Assembly (NCBI GenBank): GCA_963801605.1 | Contig: CAWDFP010000006.1 | Coordinates: 1,184,001 to 1,248,000 of the forward strand | From: an uncultured candidate division Zixibacteria bacterium | GTDB taxonomy: Bacteria; Zixibacteria; MSB-5A5; UBA10806 | Length of the DNA stretch: 64,000 nt | Reading direction: 5' to 3' | Shown: in pieces, positions 39,365 through 53,922 of the stretch | Position numbering within the stretch: position 1 is the stretch's first letter | Layout of the letters: each line of letters opens with the position of its first letter | The notes under the pieces: generated by a model | What the model saw: only the letters and a program-made list of their open reading frames with translations | Databases searched by the model: none | What the model was told of the DNA's origin: nothing | Translations under genes and position numbers: made by a program

Positions 39365-40330
39365 TCATTTATCTCTGACGGCGGCCAAAGTTGCCAGGCT
39401 TACCAGCGCTTCTTTGGTGGGCAAGCCGTCCATGCCGCGTAAGATTGCAATCGCTTTTTCAACGTATCCTCTGGCTTTTTGTTCCGCGTATTCGATTCCC
39501 CCGTTATTCTTGACGAAACTTACAACTTTTTCGAGTTCAGATTGGGCGATATTGGCTCCGAGGATATTCTTGAACTCTTTCTTATATTCGCCGTTGCCAT
39601 TTCTAAAGGCATAGATAAGCGGCAGGGTCACCCAACCTTCGCGGATATCGGACCCCAGCGATTTGCCTGTTTTGGTTGTTTCTCCGATCAAATCCAGCAG
39701 ATCGTCGGTAATTTGAAAAGCCAGCCCCAGATTTTCGCCATACATTTTGAGCAACTGACAGGTTTTTGAGTCCTGTCCAGAACAAATTGCTCCGGCCTCA
39801 GCTGAGCATGCGAATAGCGAGGCCGTCTTATCCGATATGATTTGAATATACATTTCTTCGCTGATATCGAAATTACCGGTATAAAAAGCCTGATTCAATT
39901 CGCCGACCGATACCCGCTCAGTGGCAGCTGCGAAAGATTGCATTAGCTCTGGTTTGCCGGCTTTAACCAAAAGGCCGAAAGCTTTGGCAAACAGATAATC
40001 GCCCATCAGCACGGAAATCAAGTTATTCCATTTGTGATTGACAGTATCGATACCGCGCCTGGTGGGAGATTCATCGATGACATCGTCGTGCAGCAATGTG
40101 GCGGTATGGATAAGCTCAACTGCCAGGGCAGGATAGAGAGCCGAATTATCATTTTTGCCGGATGTCAGATACAATAGTGCCGGACGCAGCCGCTTGCCGG
40201 AGGCGCCCATAAGATGATCGGTGATCTGCCGCACAATGACAGAATCCGATTCCAAAATCTCTTTATATTGGGTTTCGAACCGTTCAAGCTGGCTCGATAT
40301 TGGGTTAAATACTGCCGAAAAATCCATCAA
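39365..40330 (-). CDS. Long-chain trans-polyprenyl diphosphate synthase (IspB/HepT-like)
   Basis: GKRLRP, LLHDDVID..RRG, KTASLF, FQITDDLLD; start TTG 40330 or ATG 40327. Confidence 0.93.
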   Translation of the reverse strand: MMDFSAVFNPISSQLERFETQYKEILESDSVIVRQITDHLMGASGKRLRPALLYLTSGKNDNSALYPALAVELIHTATLLHDDVIDESPTRRGIDTVNHKWNNLISVLMGDYLFAKAFGLLVKAGKPELMQSFAAATERVSVGELNQAFYTGNFDISEEMYIQIISDKTASLFACSAEAGAICSGQDSKTCQLLKMYGENLGLAFQITDDLLDLIGETTKTGKSLGSDIREGWVTLPLIYAFRNGNGEYKKEFKNILGANIAQSELEKVVSFVKNNGGIEYAEQKARGYVEKAIAILRGMDGLPTKEALVSLATLAAVRDK

Positions 40331-40459
40331 TCCCCACGGTACAAAATAATCTTGCTCCGCAACACTCTGCCATCCATAATCTCATGGACAAGCGGTAAAA
40401 CATCAAAATATCGGTTGAGGTTTCGGATGTCAACCCCAAACGATTAGAATTCCCATCGA

Positions 40460-41216
40460 TTATCCCGCAAGAACCGCTCCGCCATTGACATTAAGGATTT
40501 CTCCGGTAATAAAACTGGCCCAATCGGATGCCATAAAGACTATCGGCCCGGCGATTTCGTCGGTTGTTCCGGCCCGTCCCAGGGGAATGATGGGAAACGA
40601 ATTTAGGGCCATCGGGACCGCTTAACGAGGCGTGGCTCATATCGGTATCGACCCAACCAGGCGCCACGCAATTGACCCTGATATTATGGCCCGCCAATTC
40701 CGGAGCTAACGATTTTGTAAGCGAGATCAACGCGCCTTTTGAGGCCGCATAGTGGGAGTGCCAGGCTTCGCCCCGCTGCCCGGCGGTGGATGCTATATAA
40801 ATTATATTTCCCATCTTTTGACGTTTCATATACGGCACCGCCGCAGACGTGGTATAAAAACAGCCCTTGATATTAATATCAAGGGTTCGCTCGAGGATTT
40901 CATCGGTCATGTTCTCGATTGCCGCCTCGGTCCAGATTCCGGCGTTATTAACCAGAATATCGATCCGGCCGAGTACCTTTGCTGTCGAATTCACCAGATT
41001 TTCGCAGTCTTTTCGCAATCCCATATCGGCTTTAATGACTAAACATCGCCTTCCAATTCGCTCGATATCGGCACTAACCATCTCGGCGGCCTTTTGATCG
41101 GAATAGTAATTAATTGCCACATCGGCCCCAAGCTTCGCAAATAATTTAGCAGTCGCGGCCCCGATGCCTCTTGAACCCCCGGTGATTAACGCAACCTGAT
41201 TATTAAAATTAAACAT
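40460..41216 (-). CDS. Short-chain dehydrogenase/reductase (FabG-like), frameshift about 40592
   Basis: TGGSRGIG, NNAG, YAASK, PGWVDT; corrected C-terminus IPLGRAG..FITGEILNVNGG ends at 40460. Confidence 0.9.
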
Positions 41217-41425
41217 GAATCATCCTTTTAAATAGGGCTAAAATCCTGCAAACGCCGCAAATAAACAGTTGTGACGATATTTGTCAAGCGTCAGGCGTTA
41301 TAATACCACGGAACTCCACGCTCAAGATCATCGTTTGTCGTGAAGAACCGACCGAAAATGGCCGGAATATATATTGACAAAAATCTTAAGTTTTACAAGA
41401 TTAGCCTAAACTAAAAGGAGGACCT

Positions 41426-42695
41426 GTGGCGACATATCCATCGACAGACATGCAGCTCTCGGCGCTTGAAAACGCTATGCAACAATTTGACGAGGCCGCG
41501 GCCAAGCTCAATATCGATCAAGCTATGCTCGATATTTTGAAACTGCCGCGTAAGGCGATTATTGTAACGCTTCCTATTTTGATGGATAATGGCAAATTCA
41601 AAGTATTCACCGGCTACAGGGTTCAGCATTCCATAGTGCGTGGCCCGGCCAAGGGAGGTATCCGCTATCATCCCAATGTGAATCTCGATGAAGTCTCCGC
41701 CCTGGCCGCCTGGATGACATGGAAATGCGCCGTGGTCAATATCCCCTTCGGAGGCGCCAAGGGCGGTATCGCCTGCGATCCCACCAAAATGTCGGCCAAT
41801 GAACTCGAACGATTAACCCGTCGCTACACGGCCGATCTCATGGATTTCATCGGCCCGGAAAAAGATGTTCCTGCGCCTGATGTTAACACCGATTCGCAGG
41901 TCATGGCCTGGATCATGGATACCTACTCGATGCACGCTCGCCATACGGTGACATCGGTAGTGACCGGCAAACCTGTCGAGCTTGGCGGCTCGCAAGGCCG
42001 GCGAGAAGCCACCGGCAGGGGGATAGTCCTTGCTATACGCGAGGCTTGCAAGCACAAGAAGATCAATCTTAAAGGATGCCCGTTGCGTGATCCAGGGTTT
42101 TGGTAATGTTGGATCTGTGACGGCTGAGATTCTTCATAAGGAGGGCGCCAAGGTTATCGCCGTTTGCGATGTCTTTGGCGGTGTATCCAATCCCGATGGG
42201 CTAAATATTCCGGCCCTGATTGCACATGTCCATAAAGTTAAAAAGGTGGTCGGCTTCGAGGGTGGAACGCCAATCACTTGCGATAATATTCTGCACATGG
42301 AATGCGATGTGTTGGTACCGGCCGCGCTGGAGAATGTCATTACCGCCCAAAATGCTCATGAAATTAAAGCCACGATTATAGCTGAAGGCGCCAACGGCCC
42401 CACCACTGCCGAGGCCGATAAGATTCTCGATTCGCGCGGTGTTTTCCTTATCCCTGATATTCTCTGCAACTCCGGCGGCGTGACTGTCAGCTATTTCGAA
42501 TGGGTTCAGGATCGGATGGGGCTGTTCTGGAGTGAAGAGGAGGTCAATCAGCGGCTCGAGGCGATTATGGTTAAGGCTTTTGATGATGTCCTGCAAACCT
42601 CCCTGACTAATAAAACCAATATGCGAATTGCGGCTTTCATGCTCGCTATAAAAAGAGTGCTTGATGTCAGCCTGATTCGAGGAGTTTACGCTTAA
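41426..42695 (+). CDS. gdhA: Glutamate dehydrogenase (Glu/Leu/Phe/Val family), frameshift about 42075
   Basis: [55 protein letters not shown]. Confidence 0.93.
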
Positions 42696-42697
42696 CA

Positions 42698-43336
42698 ATG
42701 ATTGATAGATTAATTATCAGGCTTCTCTATTATCTGCCGCCGTTACTTCTGGCCCTTTCGTTTCATGAGAGCGCCCATGCTTTTATGGCCTATCGTTTCG
42801 GAGATACTACAGCCAGAGATGAGGGACGAATCTCCCTCAATCCGATAGCACATATCGATCCTTTCGGACTTATCGCGATTCTTTTTTTCCCCATCGGATG
42901 GGCTAAACCGGTAATGATTAATCCCTATAATCTTAAAAATCCAATTAAGGATAATATTTGGATTTCATTGGCCGGGCCGGCCTCAAATCTAATCCTGGCT
43001 GCCATTTTTGGAATAATATTCAGACTTACTTACGGAGCGCTTTCATCATCGGTGGCTGGCCAGTATTTTAGCCAATTGATTCAAATCTCCGTTCTCCTGA
43101 ATATCAATCTCATGGTATTCAATCTGATTCCAATCCCGCCGCTGGATGGCTTTCATATTCTCGAGGGAATCGTTCCTACCGAAACCTACGTGAAACTTCA
43201 GCAAATCCGGCAGTTTGGGCCGCTTCTGCTCATTGCCATGGTAATATTTGGCGGAAGCATATTGTGGGCGATACTTGGCCCTATACAGCAAGTTTTGGGA
43301 GGATTCCTGCTTGGCATGCCTGTGGTGCTGCAATAA
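42698..43336 (+). CDS. Site-2 (M50) intramembrane metalloprotease
   Basis: HESAH, AGPASN, FNLIPIPPLDG. Confidence 0.93.
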   Translation: MIDRLIIRLLYYLPPLLLALSFHESAHAFMAYRFGDTTARDEGRISLNPIAHIDPFGLIAILFFPIGWAKPVMINPYNLKNPIKDNIWISLAGPASNLILAAIFGIIFRLTYGALSSSVAGQYFSQLIQISVLLNINLMVFNLIPIPPLDGFHILEGIVPTETYVKLQQIRQFGPLLLIAMVIFGGSILWAILGPIQQVLGGFLLGMPVVLQ

Positions 43337-44028
43337 AACTGCCCTGACAGGCATTATTATATTTACTTTTCTATTTGCCTGTGGGCTTCCGCCCAAAGAT
43401 AAACCTCTTGAGCCGCGTCTGCTGTTTACGACCGGCTCATCTTTTTTAGACAATGTCAGCAGCGTGGCGTTAAAGGGGCAAATTTCATTCGAGGGCGGGT
43501 AAAATCGATCAATCCGGTGGTTTCCAGTTATTCATCAATGGCCGGGACTCACTCTCATTCATAGTCGATGGCCCCTTCGGAACTGATATTTTTAGAATGA
43601 TTATTGTTGGCGATACCGCTTTCCTGCTTTCAAACAAAGAGGAGGGTTGGGTAACTCTGAAAAAAGATGAGGATATATCAATCCCTGAGTATGGTATCGA
43701 AAATATATCTCCTTTTTTGCTGGGCTTGTTTGCTTTTCCGCAATATTATCTGAATTCCAATTCGGGTGATTCGCTTTCTGATGAGTACTCTTTTCGCAAT
43801 CAAAAGATTGTCAGCCAGTTTGGACGGAACGACCGTGAGTTTTTATTGATCGACCCGCATTCGCTGGTGGCCGGAGCCTACACAAAGCGAAAAAACTTTA
43901 ACGATGGATTCTTTCCGTCAATGGTTAGGATTTTTGAACCCGGCCGCGATTGGCAGATAACTCTTCAGATCGATAAAATTCGCCTCAGCCCGCCACTCCC
44001 CGAAAGCATCTGGAAAAGAGGATTATAG
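43320..44028 (+). CDS. Putative lipoprotein, LolB/DUF4292-like; start uncertain, frameshift about 43499
   Basis: Lipobox-like FLFAC; removing one G joins EGG to KIDQSGGFQLFINGRDSLSFIVDGPFGTDIFR and then ORF 43597-44028. Confidence 0.55.
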
Positions 44029-44040
44029 TATTTGCCTCTA

Positions 44041-44073
44041 AAAATAAAAAAATCCCGACGATAGCGCCGGGAT
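44041..44073 (-). terminator. Intrinsic terminator after cold-shock gene
   Basis: Minus strand ATCCCGGCG/CGTCGGGAT stem plus long U-tract. Confidence 0.8.
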
Positions 44074-44097
44074 CAATATAAAATATATTAGCAAAAA

Positions 44098-44301
44098 CTA
44101 AAGCTTCATCACCTCCGTGGCCTGCGGCCCTCTCGGACCCATGGCAAAATTATATTCCACCATTTGACCCTGCGTTAAGGTTTTGAAGCCCTCGTCCTTG
44201 ATGGCTGAGTAATGGACGAAGATGTCGGTGCCACCCTCCGGCGGCTTGATGAACCCGAATCCCTTTTTCTCGTCGAACCATTTGACCACGCCAGTCGGCA
44301 T
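44098..44301 (-). CDS. Cold-shock domain protein
   Basis: [21 protein letters not shown]...GFKTL. Confidence 0.96.
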   Translation of the reverse strand: MPTGVVKWFDEKKGFGFIKPPEGGTDIFVHYSAIKDEGFKTLTQGQMVEYNFAMGPRGPQATEVMKL

Positions 44302-44434
44302 GAACTACCCTCCTAAAAAAGTTAAAACTGTAACGAAACCGTTAATTTTATCGGCATCTAAAGACGATTATTTAGCACGTTGGACTGCCGCACTCGATTA
44401 GCTGATAGTTATTTCTAAAGAGTAGCCCGCAGGC

Positions 44435-45691
44435 TTATGTTCCCATTTCCCAGGAAGTCAGATACTCTCTCTGCTCTGCAGTGAGCTTGTCGATAGTGAC
44501 TCCCATTGTTTGCAGCTTGAGCCGAGCGATTTCCATATCTATCTTATCCGGCAAAGCATAAACTCTGCGCTGCAATTTGGAGGCATTCCGCAAAACCCAT
44601 TCGGCCCCCAGCGACTGATTGGCGAAACTCATATCCATCACGGCTGCCGGATGTCCCTCTGCTGATGCCAGGTTGATCAATCTTCCCTCGGCCAAAAGCA
44701 GGATATGCTTGCTGCCCTTAAGCGTATACTCCACCACGTTCGGACGAATATCGCGCTTTTTGGTAGCCATTTTTTCGAGCGATTTGATATCGATCTCAAC
44801 ATCAAAATGGCCGGAATTTGCCACGATGGCGCCATCTTTCATAAGCTTGAAATGCTCGCCAGTGACAACATTGATATCGCCGGTTAAAGTCACAAAGATA
44901 TCGCCAATCTTCGCGGCCTTGCTCATCGGCATGACCCGGTAACCATCCATAACCGCCTCGATTGCCTTGAGCGGATCGATCTCGGTTACGATGACGTTAG
45001 CGCCCAGCCCGGAGGCCCGTCTGGCTACGCCTCGCCCGCACCAGCCGTAACCGGCTACCACGAAATTCGAACCGGCCAGAAGATAGTTGGTGGCCCGCAG
45101 AATACCGTCGATAGTGGATTGTCCGGTGCCGTAGCGATTATCGAAAAGATGCTTGGTAAGCGAATCGTTGATCGCCAAAACCGGGAAAAGGAGCACACCT
45201 TTCTTTTCCATCGCTTTTAGCCTGATAACACCTGTGGTTGTCTCTTCCGAGCCGCCCATTATCTCCGAGGCTTGTTTTTGACGCTTGGTATGAAGAGTGC
45301 TCACCAGGTCGGCCCCATCGTCCATGGTAATGGATGGGTGGATATCGAGACAGGCGTTGATATGATCGTAATATACTTTATTGGATTCGGCCCTGATTGC
45401 AAATACCGGAATTTTGTGATCTGCTACCAGCGAAGCAGCTACATCGTCCTGAGTAGATAGAGGGTTTGAGGCACACAGGTAAGGCATAGCCCCGCCCGCC
45501 TTGAGTGTAATCATGAGATTGGCGGTTTCAGTCGTCACATGCAGGCAGCATGCCATCTTAACCCCTTTGAGGGGCTTATCTTTTGAAAATCTTTGCCGGA
45601 TTGAACGCAGCACAGGCATGAACTTTTCAGCCCATTCGATTCGGTTTTTGCCGGTTTTGGCAAGCTTTAGGTCTTTGACATCGTAATTCAT
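44435..45691 (-). CDS. ahcY: Adenosylhomocysteinase
   Basis: [49 protein letters not shown]. Confidence 0.98.
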   Translation of the reverse strand: MNYDVKDLKLAKTGKNRIEWAEKFMPVLRSIRQRFSKDKPLKGVKMACCLHVTTETANLMITLKAGGAMPYLCASNPLSTQDDVAASLVADHKIPVFAIRAESNKVYYDHINACLDIHPSITMDDGADLVSTLHTKRQKQASEIMGGSEETTTGVIRLKAMEKKGVLLFPVLAINDSLTKHLFDNRYGTGQSTIDGILRATNYLLAGSNFVVAGYGWCGRGVARRASGLGANVIVTEIDPLKAIEAVMDGYRVMPMSKAAKIGDIFVTLTGDINVVTGEHFKLMKDGAIVANSGHFDVEIDIKSLEKMATKKRDIRPNVVEYTLKGSKHILLLAEGRLINLASAEGHPAAVMDMSFANQSLGAEWVLRNASKLQRRVYALPDKIDMEIARLKLQTMGVTIDKLTAEQREYLTSWEMGT

Positions 45692-45709
45692 TCGGCCCTC
45701 TATGGTAAT

Positions 45710-46873
45710 TTATGCGTCTTTTATCAGTTGGTCGACTTTGTCGGTTTTTTCCCAGGTGAAATTGGGCATCTCACGTCCGAAATGGCCATACGCGGCGGTC
45801 TCATTGAAAATTGGCCGTTGAAGGTTAAGGTCGCGGATGATGCCTCGCGGGGTAAGATCAAAATGCTTTCTAACAAGCTCTGTTAATCTCGAATTAGGCA
45901 TAAGCCCGGTGCCGTTGGTAAATACCATAACGGAGACTGGCTCGGCCACTCCAATAGCATAAGCTAATTGTACCATGCACTCCGCGCATAACCCGGCAGC
46001 CACCAGATTTTTGGCGATATACCTTGCCATATAAGTTGCAGAACGATCCACCTTGGTCGGGTCTTTTCCGGAGAAAGCGCCGCCGCCATGAGGCGCGGAA
46101 CCGCCGTAGGTATCAACGATAATTTTGCGGCCGGTCATTCCGGTATCTGATTGGGGTCCGCCGATAACGAATTTTCCGGTAGGATTGACGAGATACTTGG
46201 TATTTCTATCAAGCATTTCTTTGGGCACGATTGGCATTACCACTTCCTGGATAATCTCTTCTTTGGCGCGGTTGGTAATTTTTTTTCCGGTACTATCCAG
46301 GATATCCTCAGTATGCTGCGAGGAAAGAAGCACCGTATCGATTCGGCAGGGACGTCCATCGGCAAATTCCACTGTAACCTGGGTTTTGCCATCGGGGCCG
46401 AGATAGGGGAGAACGCCTGTTTTTCTAATCTTCGATAGCTGCATGGCCAGCTTGTGCGCCAGGCTTATCGGAAGAGGCATTAGTTCAGGTGTTTGATTGA
46501 TCGCATACCCAATCATTAACCCCTGATCGCCGGCTCCACCGGTATCGACTCCCTGCGCGATATCAGGTGACTGCGACCCGATAGCATTTAGTATTCCGCA
46601 GGTCTTATGATTAAAACCGTATTTGGAATCGGTATATCCAATCTTGCGTAAAACGTCTCTAACGAGACCGTTGACATCTACATAACCATTTGTGGTGATT
46701 TCGCCTCCGACAATAACGAGCCCCACAGTAATAAAGGTCTCGCAAGCTACCCGGCCGTTGACATCTTGTTTTAAGACATCATCAAGCACGGCATCGGAAA
46801 TTTGATCGCATACTTTGTCAGGATGCCCCTCCGTCACCGACTCGGAGGTGAATAGGTATTTGTCTTTAATCAC
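45710..46873 (-). CDS. metK: Methionine adenosyltransferase
   Basis: [39 protein letters not shown]. Confidence 0.98.
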   Translation of the reverse strand: MIKDKYLFTSESVTEGHPDKVCDQISDAVLDDVLKQDVNGRVACETFITVGLVIVGGEITTNGYVDVNGLVRDVLRKIGYTDSKYGFNHKTCGILNAIGSQSPDIAQGVDTGGAGDQGLMIGYAINQTPELMPLPISLAHKLAMQLSKIRKTGVLPYLGPDGKTQVTVEFADGRPCRIDTVLLSSQHTEDILDSTGKKITNRAKEEIIQEVVMPIVPKEMLDRNTKYLVNPTGKFVIGGPQSDTGMTGRKIIVDTYGGSAPHGGGAFSGKDPTKVDRSATYMARYIAKNLVAAGLCAECMVQLAYAIGVAEPVSVMVFTNGTGLMPNSRLTELVRKHFDLTPRGIIRDLNLQRPIFNETAAYGHFGREMPNFTWEKTDKVDQLIKDA

Positions 46874-46915
46874 TTTGCCTCCGCAAAACTTGGTTTACCC
46901 CTCCTGAATTGGGGC

Positions 46916-46944
46916 AATTTAAATAACTCTGGTCCCCCAAGCAA
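46916..46944 (-). promoter_or_regulatory. Sigma70-type promoter for metK-ahcY
   Basis: TTGCTT-17 nt-TAAATT on minus strand. Confidence 0.45.
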
Positions 46945-47005
46945 GTAATTCTTGGGTTATTATCAATAACATTTATAAATGATTTCACTTAAGATAAAAA
47001 CGCCC

Positions 47006-47980
47006 TTAATATCCGATCTCCGAGGAATCCCCCAAATTAACCTTTTGATAGTGGCCCAAAAGATAAGAATGATTTCCCACCAGCGACGAATCCAACATCG
47101 AATCGACTACCTCAGCCGACTCTGAAATGATGCTGTCTTTGACTATCGAGCGGATGATCCTGGAATCGTCACCCACGGAGACATAAGGTCCTACCACCGA
47201 ATTCTCCAGAATCGCCGTTGGCGAAATAAAAACAGGCGGAATAATAACGTTTCCTTCGCGGCGATCTATCGATTTAATTTGTGAAAGCAGATAGCGGTTG
47301 GTGGCTAATAAAGCATCTGGCTTACCGCAGTCAAACCAACCATCGACATTGAAAGTCGTCATCTGGCATCCGTATTTAAGCATCAGCGCCAGGGCATCGG
47401 TTAGCTGATATTCGCCTCGGGTAGTGATTCCCTTCTTCATTAACTCGTCCAAACATTTCGAAAATAGATCGATCGATTTTATATAATAGATTCCTACCAG
47501 GGCCAGGTTCGATGTGGGGTTTTCCGGTTTTTCGACGAGGGCTGTTACAAATTGCCCTTTGGTTTCCGCTATCCCGAAACGTCTTGGATCTTCCACGGTT
47601 TTTGTTCCGATGGAGTCATAAGCGCCTGTAATAACCTTATTTAAGTCGGTCTCGAAAATTGTATCACCCAGGATAATCAATAATGGCTCATTATTAAAGT
47701 GTTCGCGCGTCAGATAGATCGCCCATCCCAGCCCTTTCAATTCTTCTTGCGTCACAAATGTAGATTTCAACGCGGGATAGTTCTTTTTAACATATTCAAC
47801 GATTTGGTCACCCAAAAAACCCACAATGATTACAACCTCCCGAATCCCAAAGGCGCGCACCTCGTCGAGAATGTGCCCTAAAATCGGTTTTCCCGCTACG
47901 TGTAATAGCGCCTTGGGAGCGGTGTGGGTATGCGGTCTGAGACGGCTTCCAATTCCCGCCGCCGGTATGATTGCTTTCAA
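47006..47980 (-). CDS. Sugar-phosphate nucleotidyltransferase with C-terminal left-handed beta-helix
   Basis: AAGIGSRLRP.T...PK, EKP, GEYQLTD, WFDCG. Confidence 0.9.
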   Translation of the reverse strand: MKAIIPAAGIGSRLRPHTHTAPKALLHVAGKPILGHILDEVRAFGIREVVIIVGFLGDQIVEYVKKNYPALKSTFVTQEELKGLGWAIYLTREHFNNEPLLIILGDTIFETDLNKVITGAYDSIGTKTVEDPRRFGIAETKGQFVTALVEKPENPTSNLALVGIYYIKSIDLFSKCLDELMKKGITTRGEYQLTDALALMLKYGCQMTTFNVDGWFDCGKPDALLATNRYLLSQIKSIDRREGNVIIPPVFISPTAILENSVVGPYVSVGDDSRIIRSIVKDSIISESAEVVDSMLDSSLVGNHSYLLGHYQKVNLGDSSEIGY

Positions 47981-47987
47981 TCCAACC

Positions 47988-49040
47988 TCAATTCGTTAAC
48001 TTTTCTTTTAAATAGTCAATTGCCGCCACCGGATAAGGATCGACCTCATTCAATAGCGCCAGATAGTAACTCGTAAAATCCAGATATTGGATGAAGAAAA
48101 AGATCCTTTCCAGGTCTTGTCCGGCCCGGTTCTCAAGTGTAATTACTCTAAATCCTTTATCTTTGAGATACTGGGTCACTATTTCCATTCGGGCTTTTAT
48201 ACGCTTATGCTCCTGAATATCTTTCAGGATAACAATTGTAAATTTTTTGTCGAGATCATAGAGTTTATGCCAGCCGACAAGTTCATTGTGATTTTGCTCA
48301 GGGAAAACATTTGTGAAGGCTAACGTCTCGGCATTTTCGCTTATCTGTCCCTTAAAGCGCGTGGCTACGGCATCAAATTTCTCATAACCTGAATAGATTA
48401 CGGGCACTGTGCCGTGAATCTGTAGCGCCAACCATAAGGCCGGATTTTTATCATCATTCGATTCGTAATCCTTTGCCCATCTCTTCATGGACGATGCCGC
48501 CAGCAATATCTCCTCCGATTGCTCCTCGCATAACCCCAGACGCGTCAGAATCATTAACAGCGGGGCAATCGAATATCCCAGGGCGGCCCTTGGCGGTAAT
48601 CCGCCCTTAATCTTAACGACCGGTATTCCATCGCTATCGGCTTTTTGGGCAAGTTTTCCGCCGCTGGTGATCGCAATGATATGAGCCCCGTTATCGATGG
48701 CGTTATCGTAAGCTGCCAGAGTTTCTTCGGTATTGCCTGAATATGACGAGCATATCACCAGCGTTTTGCGATTAACAAAACCTGGTAAACGGTAGTGACG
48801 GCAAACTACAAAAGGAATCTGCATCGATCTATACAAATAGCTTCTGGCAATATCACCGGCTATGGCCGAACCGCCCATCCCGGCCACCACGACGGAGTGA
48901 AACGTTTCCAGCTCCAAACCTTTCAAATCGGCTTGCCTGCCTAATGAGACGCCCTCTTCCAGATTAAACGGCATAGCCTTGATCAAGCCATGCATATCGT
49001 GGCTATCATACATTTCCCTGAGCGCCTGAATATCAGACAT
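47988..49040 (-). CDS. Bifunctional phosphoglucose/phosphomannose isomerase
   Basis: GMGGS, SYSGNTEET, PPRAALG, QISENAE, PEQNHNE. Confidence 0.92.
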   Translation of the reverse strand: MSDIQALREMYDSHDMHGLIKAMPFNLEEGVSLGRQADLKGLELETFHSVVVAGMGGSAIAGDIARSYLYRSMQIPFVVCRHYRLPGFVNRKTLVICSSYSGNTEETLAAYDNAIDNGAHIIAITSGGKLAQKADSDGIPVVKIKGGLPPRAALGYSIAPLLMILTRLGLCEEQSEEILLAASSMKRWAKDYESNDDKNPALWLALQIHGTVPVIYSGYEKFDAVATRFKGQISENAETLAFTNVFPEQNHNELVGWHKLYDLDKKFTIVILKDIQEHKRIKARMEIVTQYLKDKGFRVITLENRAGQDLERIFFFIQYLDFTSYYLALLNEVDPYPVAAIDYLKEKLTN

Positions 49041-50829
49041 GCGAATTTCTCCTCGAAAACTCTATGACCGGTATGATATCCGGAAAAACTCGAGCAATTT
49101 CCTTCTTCAGATACGATTCTATGTCGCTATGGCTTTTCATTTCCATTGCAGTTTCGGCTATCTGCTTGGCATCCGAAAAAGTTATCGATCTTATCACCTT
49201 TTTCAATATCCCGGTCATGCGGAATCCACCGGAAAGCTGATCGACACCCAGCCCGATCAATAACACTGCCGCCAGAGGATCGGATGCCATCTCGCCGCAA
49301 ACGCTCACCTTACGTTTATACTTATGCGCTGCTGTTACCGATGTTTTAATAAGGCTTAATATTGCCGGATGGAAACTCTGATAAAGTTTGGAAAGCAGTT
49401 CATGGTCACGATCGACAGCTACCGTATATTGAATAAGATCATTGGTGCCGATTGAAAAGAATTCGGCCTCGCGCGCCAGATGCTCCGAAATTATTGCAGC
49501 GGACGGTACTTCGATCATTATTCCCAGAGGGATATTTGCTTTATAATTAACATTCTCAGCCCGCAACTCCTCCTTAGATTCCTCCAAAATCCGTTTGGTG
49601 GCGATGAGTTCATCGTAATTTGAAATCATCGGAACCATGATCGAAAGATTTCCCAACACCGAAGCCTTAAGAAGAGCTTTTAATTGTATTTTGAAGACAT
49701 CGGGACGATCCAAACAAAACCTGATAGCCCGCCATCCCAGAAAGGGATTAGCCTCGGCATAAGTCCCTGCCATCCCCGGGAATTTGTCGCCCCCGAGATC
49801 AAACGTTCTTATCACAACCGGTTTATCACCCATCTGGCGCAAAATTTCGGAGTAGGCCTCGTACTGTTCGTCAAAAGAGGGGAAATCGGTTCTGGTTAAA
49901 AATAAATACTCAGTGCGATAAAGACCGATACCCATAGCGCCGGCCGCCAGAACCTTGGGCACTTCATTGGGCAGCTCTATATTGGCCAACACCGAAATCT
50001 CTACACCGTCTTTAGTGATTGCAGGCTTGGTCCTGAGTTCCTCGAGCTGACGGTGAAGATTAACCTCAGATTGTTCAAGCTTACGATACTCCTGAATTGT
50101 GCTCTCCGAGGGATTTAATATGAATACCCCTCTGTAACCATCGATAATTACCCTTGCCCCGGAGGGCACTTTTTCAGCAAGCTCGCCTAATCCCAATACG
50201 GCTGGCACTCCCAGGGATTTTGCCATCAAAGCTGCATGCGATGTTGGGCCGCCGACTCCGGTGGCAAATCCTATATTTTTCTTAGATGAGATTGCCAGAA
50301 TATCGCCGGGGGAGAGGAACCGCGATACAACCACGGTTGGACCATCAATATCTCGCAGAATTGTTTGTTTTTCGCCCTTAAGAGAACTTATAAAGCGTGC
50401 AGTTACCGCCTGTATGTCCTGAATGCGTTCTTTAAGATAAGAATCTTTCGATTCTTCAAGTTTGGCGATAACCTTGCGGGCTTCATCATTATAAATATAT
50501 TCGACGCATAAGCCTTCTTTTAATATACGCTGTTCGATCGTCTTATTCCATACTTCATCGCCGGCGATCATCGCTTGAGCATCGAATATCCTCGCAAAAT
50601 CGCGGCCATGCCTTTGAAGCACTACCGCCGCCGTAGTTTCCAGCGAATGTTTAACCTGCGCAATTACATTACGAAAAGTTTGTACTTCGTTTTTTGCGTC
50701 GGATACCTTCGTGGGCGTAATGTTGTTGTTATTTCGCGATAAAGTTCGAGCAATGCCAATAATTATTCCCGGTGATGCGGGAATGCAGTAAAATTCTTCC
50801 TCTTTATCATTATACAACATGAAACTCAT
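49033..50829 (-). CDS. ptsI: PTS enzyme I (PEP-protein phosphotransferase)
   Basis: GGPTSHAA phospho-His, GLYRTE, NPFLGWR, SIGTNDL, CGEMA. Confidence 0.96.
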   Translation of the reverse strand: MSFMLYNDKEEEFYCIPASPGIIIGIARTLSRNNNNITPTKVSDAKNEVQTFRNVIAQVKHSLETTAAVVLQRHGRDFARIFDAQAMIAGDEVWNKTIEQRILKEGLCVEYIYNDEARKVIAKLEESKDSYLKERIQDIQAVTARFISSLKGEKQTILRDIDGPTVVVSRFLSPGDILAISSKKNIGFATGVGGPTSHAALMAKSLGVPAVLGLGELAEKVPSGARVIIDGYRGVFILNPSESTIQEYRKLEQSEVNLHRQLEELRTKPAITKDGVEISVLANIELPNEVPKVLAAGAMGIGLYRTEYLFLTRTDFPSFDEQYEAYSEILRQMGDKPVVIRTFDLGGDKFPGMAGTYAEANPFLGWRAIRFCLDRPDVFKIQLKALLKASVLGNLSIMVPMISNYDELIATKRILEESKEELRAENVNYKANIPLGIMIEVPSAAIISEHLAREAEFFSIGTNDLIQYTVAVDRDHELLSKLYQSFHPAILSLIKTSVTAAHKYKRKVSVCGEMASDPLAAVLLIGLGVDQLSGGFRMTGILKKVIRSITFSDAKQIAETAMEMKSHSDIESYLKKEIARVFPDIIPVIEFSRRNSHV

Positions 50830-51091
50830 TCCTCACCGAATTTGGATTGAATAACCTGGATGATTGCCTCCACAGCTTCCTTTTCATCCGGTCCTTCTGC
50901 GATAATCGTGATTTTCGATCCCATTTCTGCGGCGAGCATCATCACTCCCATGATGCTTTTGGCATTTACCTCGAGATTGAACCTCTTGAGCTTTATTTCA
51001 GCTTCAAATTTCGAGGCGCGTTGTACGAGTTGCGCCGCCGGACGGGCATGCAGTCCTAATCTATTGATAATTGCGACTTCTTTCTCGAACA

Positions 51092-51092
<1 letters not shown>
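50826..51092 (-). CDS. ptsH: Phosphocarrier protein HPr
   Basis: GLHARPAA (His15), NAKSIMG (Ser46). Confidence 0.96.

Positions 51093-53918
<2,826 letters not shown>

Positions 53919-53922
<4 letters not shown>

Noticed and set aside
42060..42106. Programmed frameshifting in gdh (likewise lpdA, dprA, ftsH)
   Set aside because: No slippery heptamer with a stimulatory structure; the pattern matches homopolymer errors across the window
46874..47005. Possible SAM riboswitch upstream of metK
   Set aside because: No SAM-I core or terminator visible; the predicted promoter leaves only about a 35-nt leader
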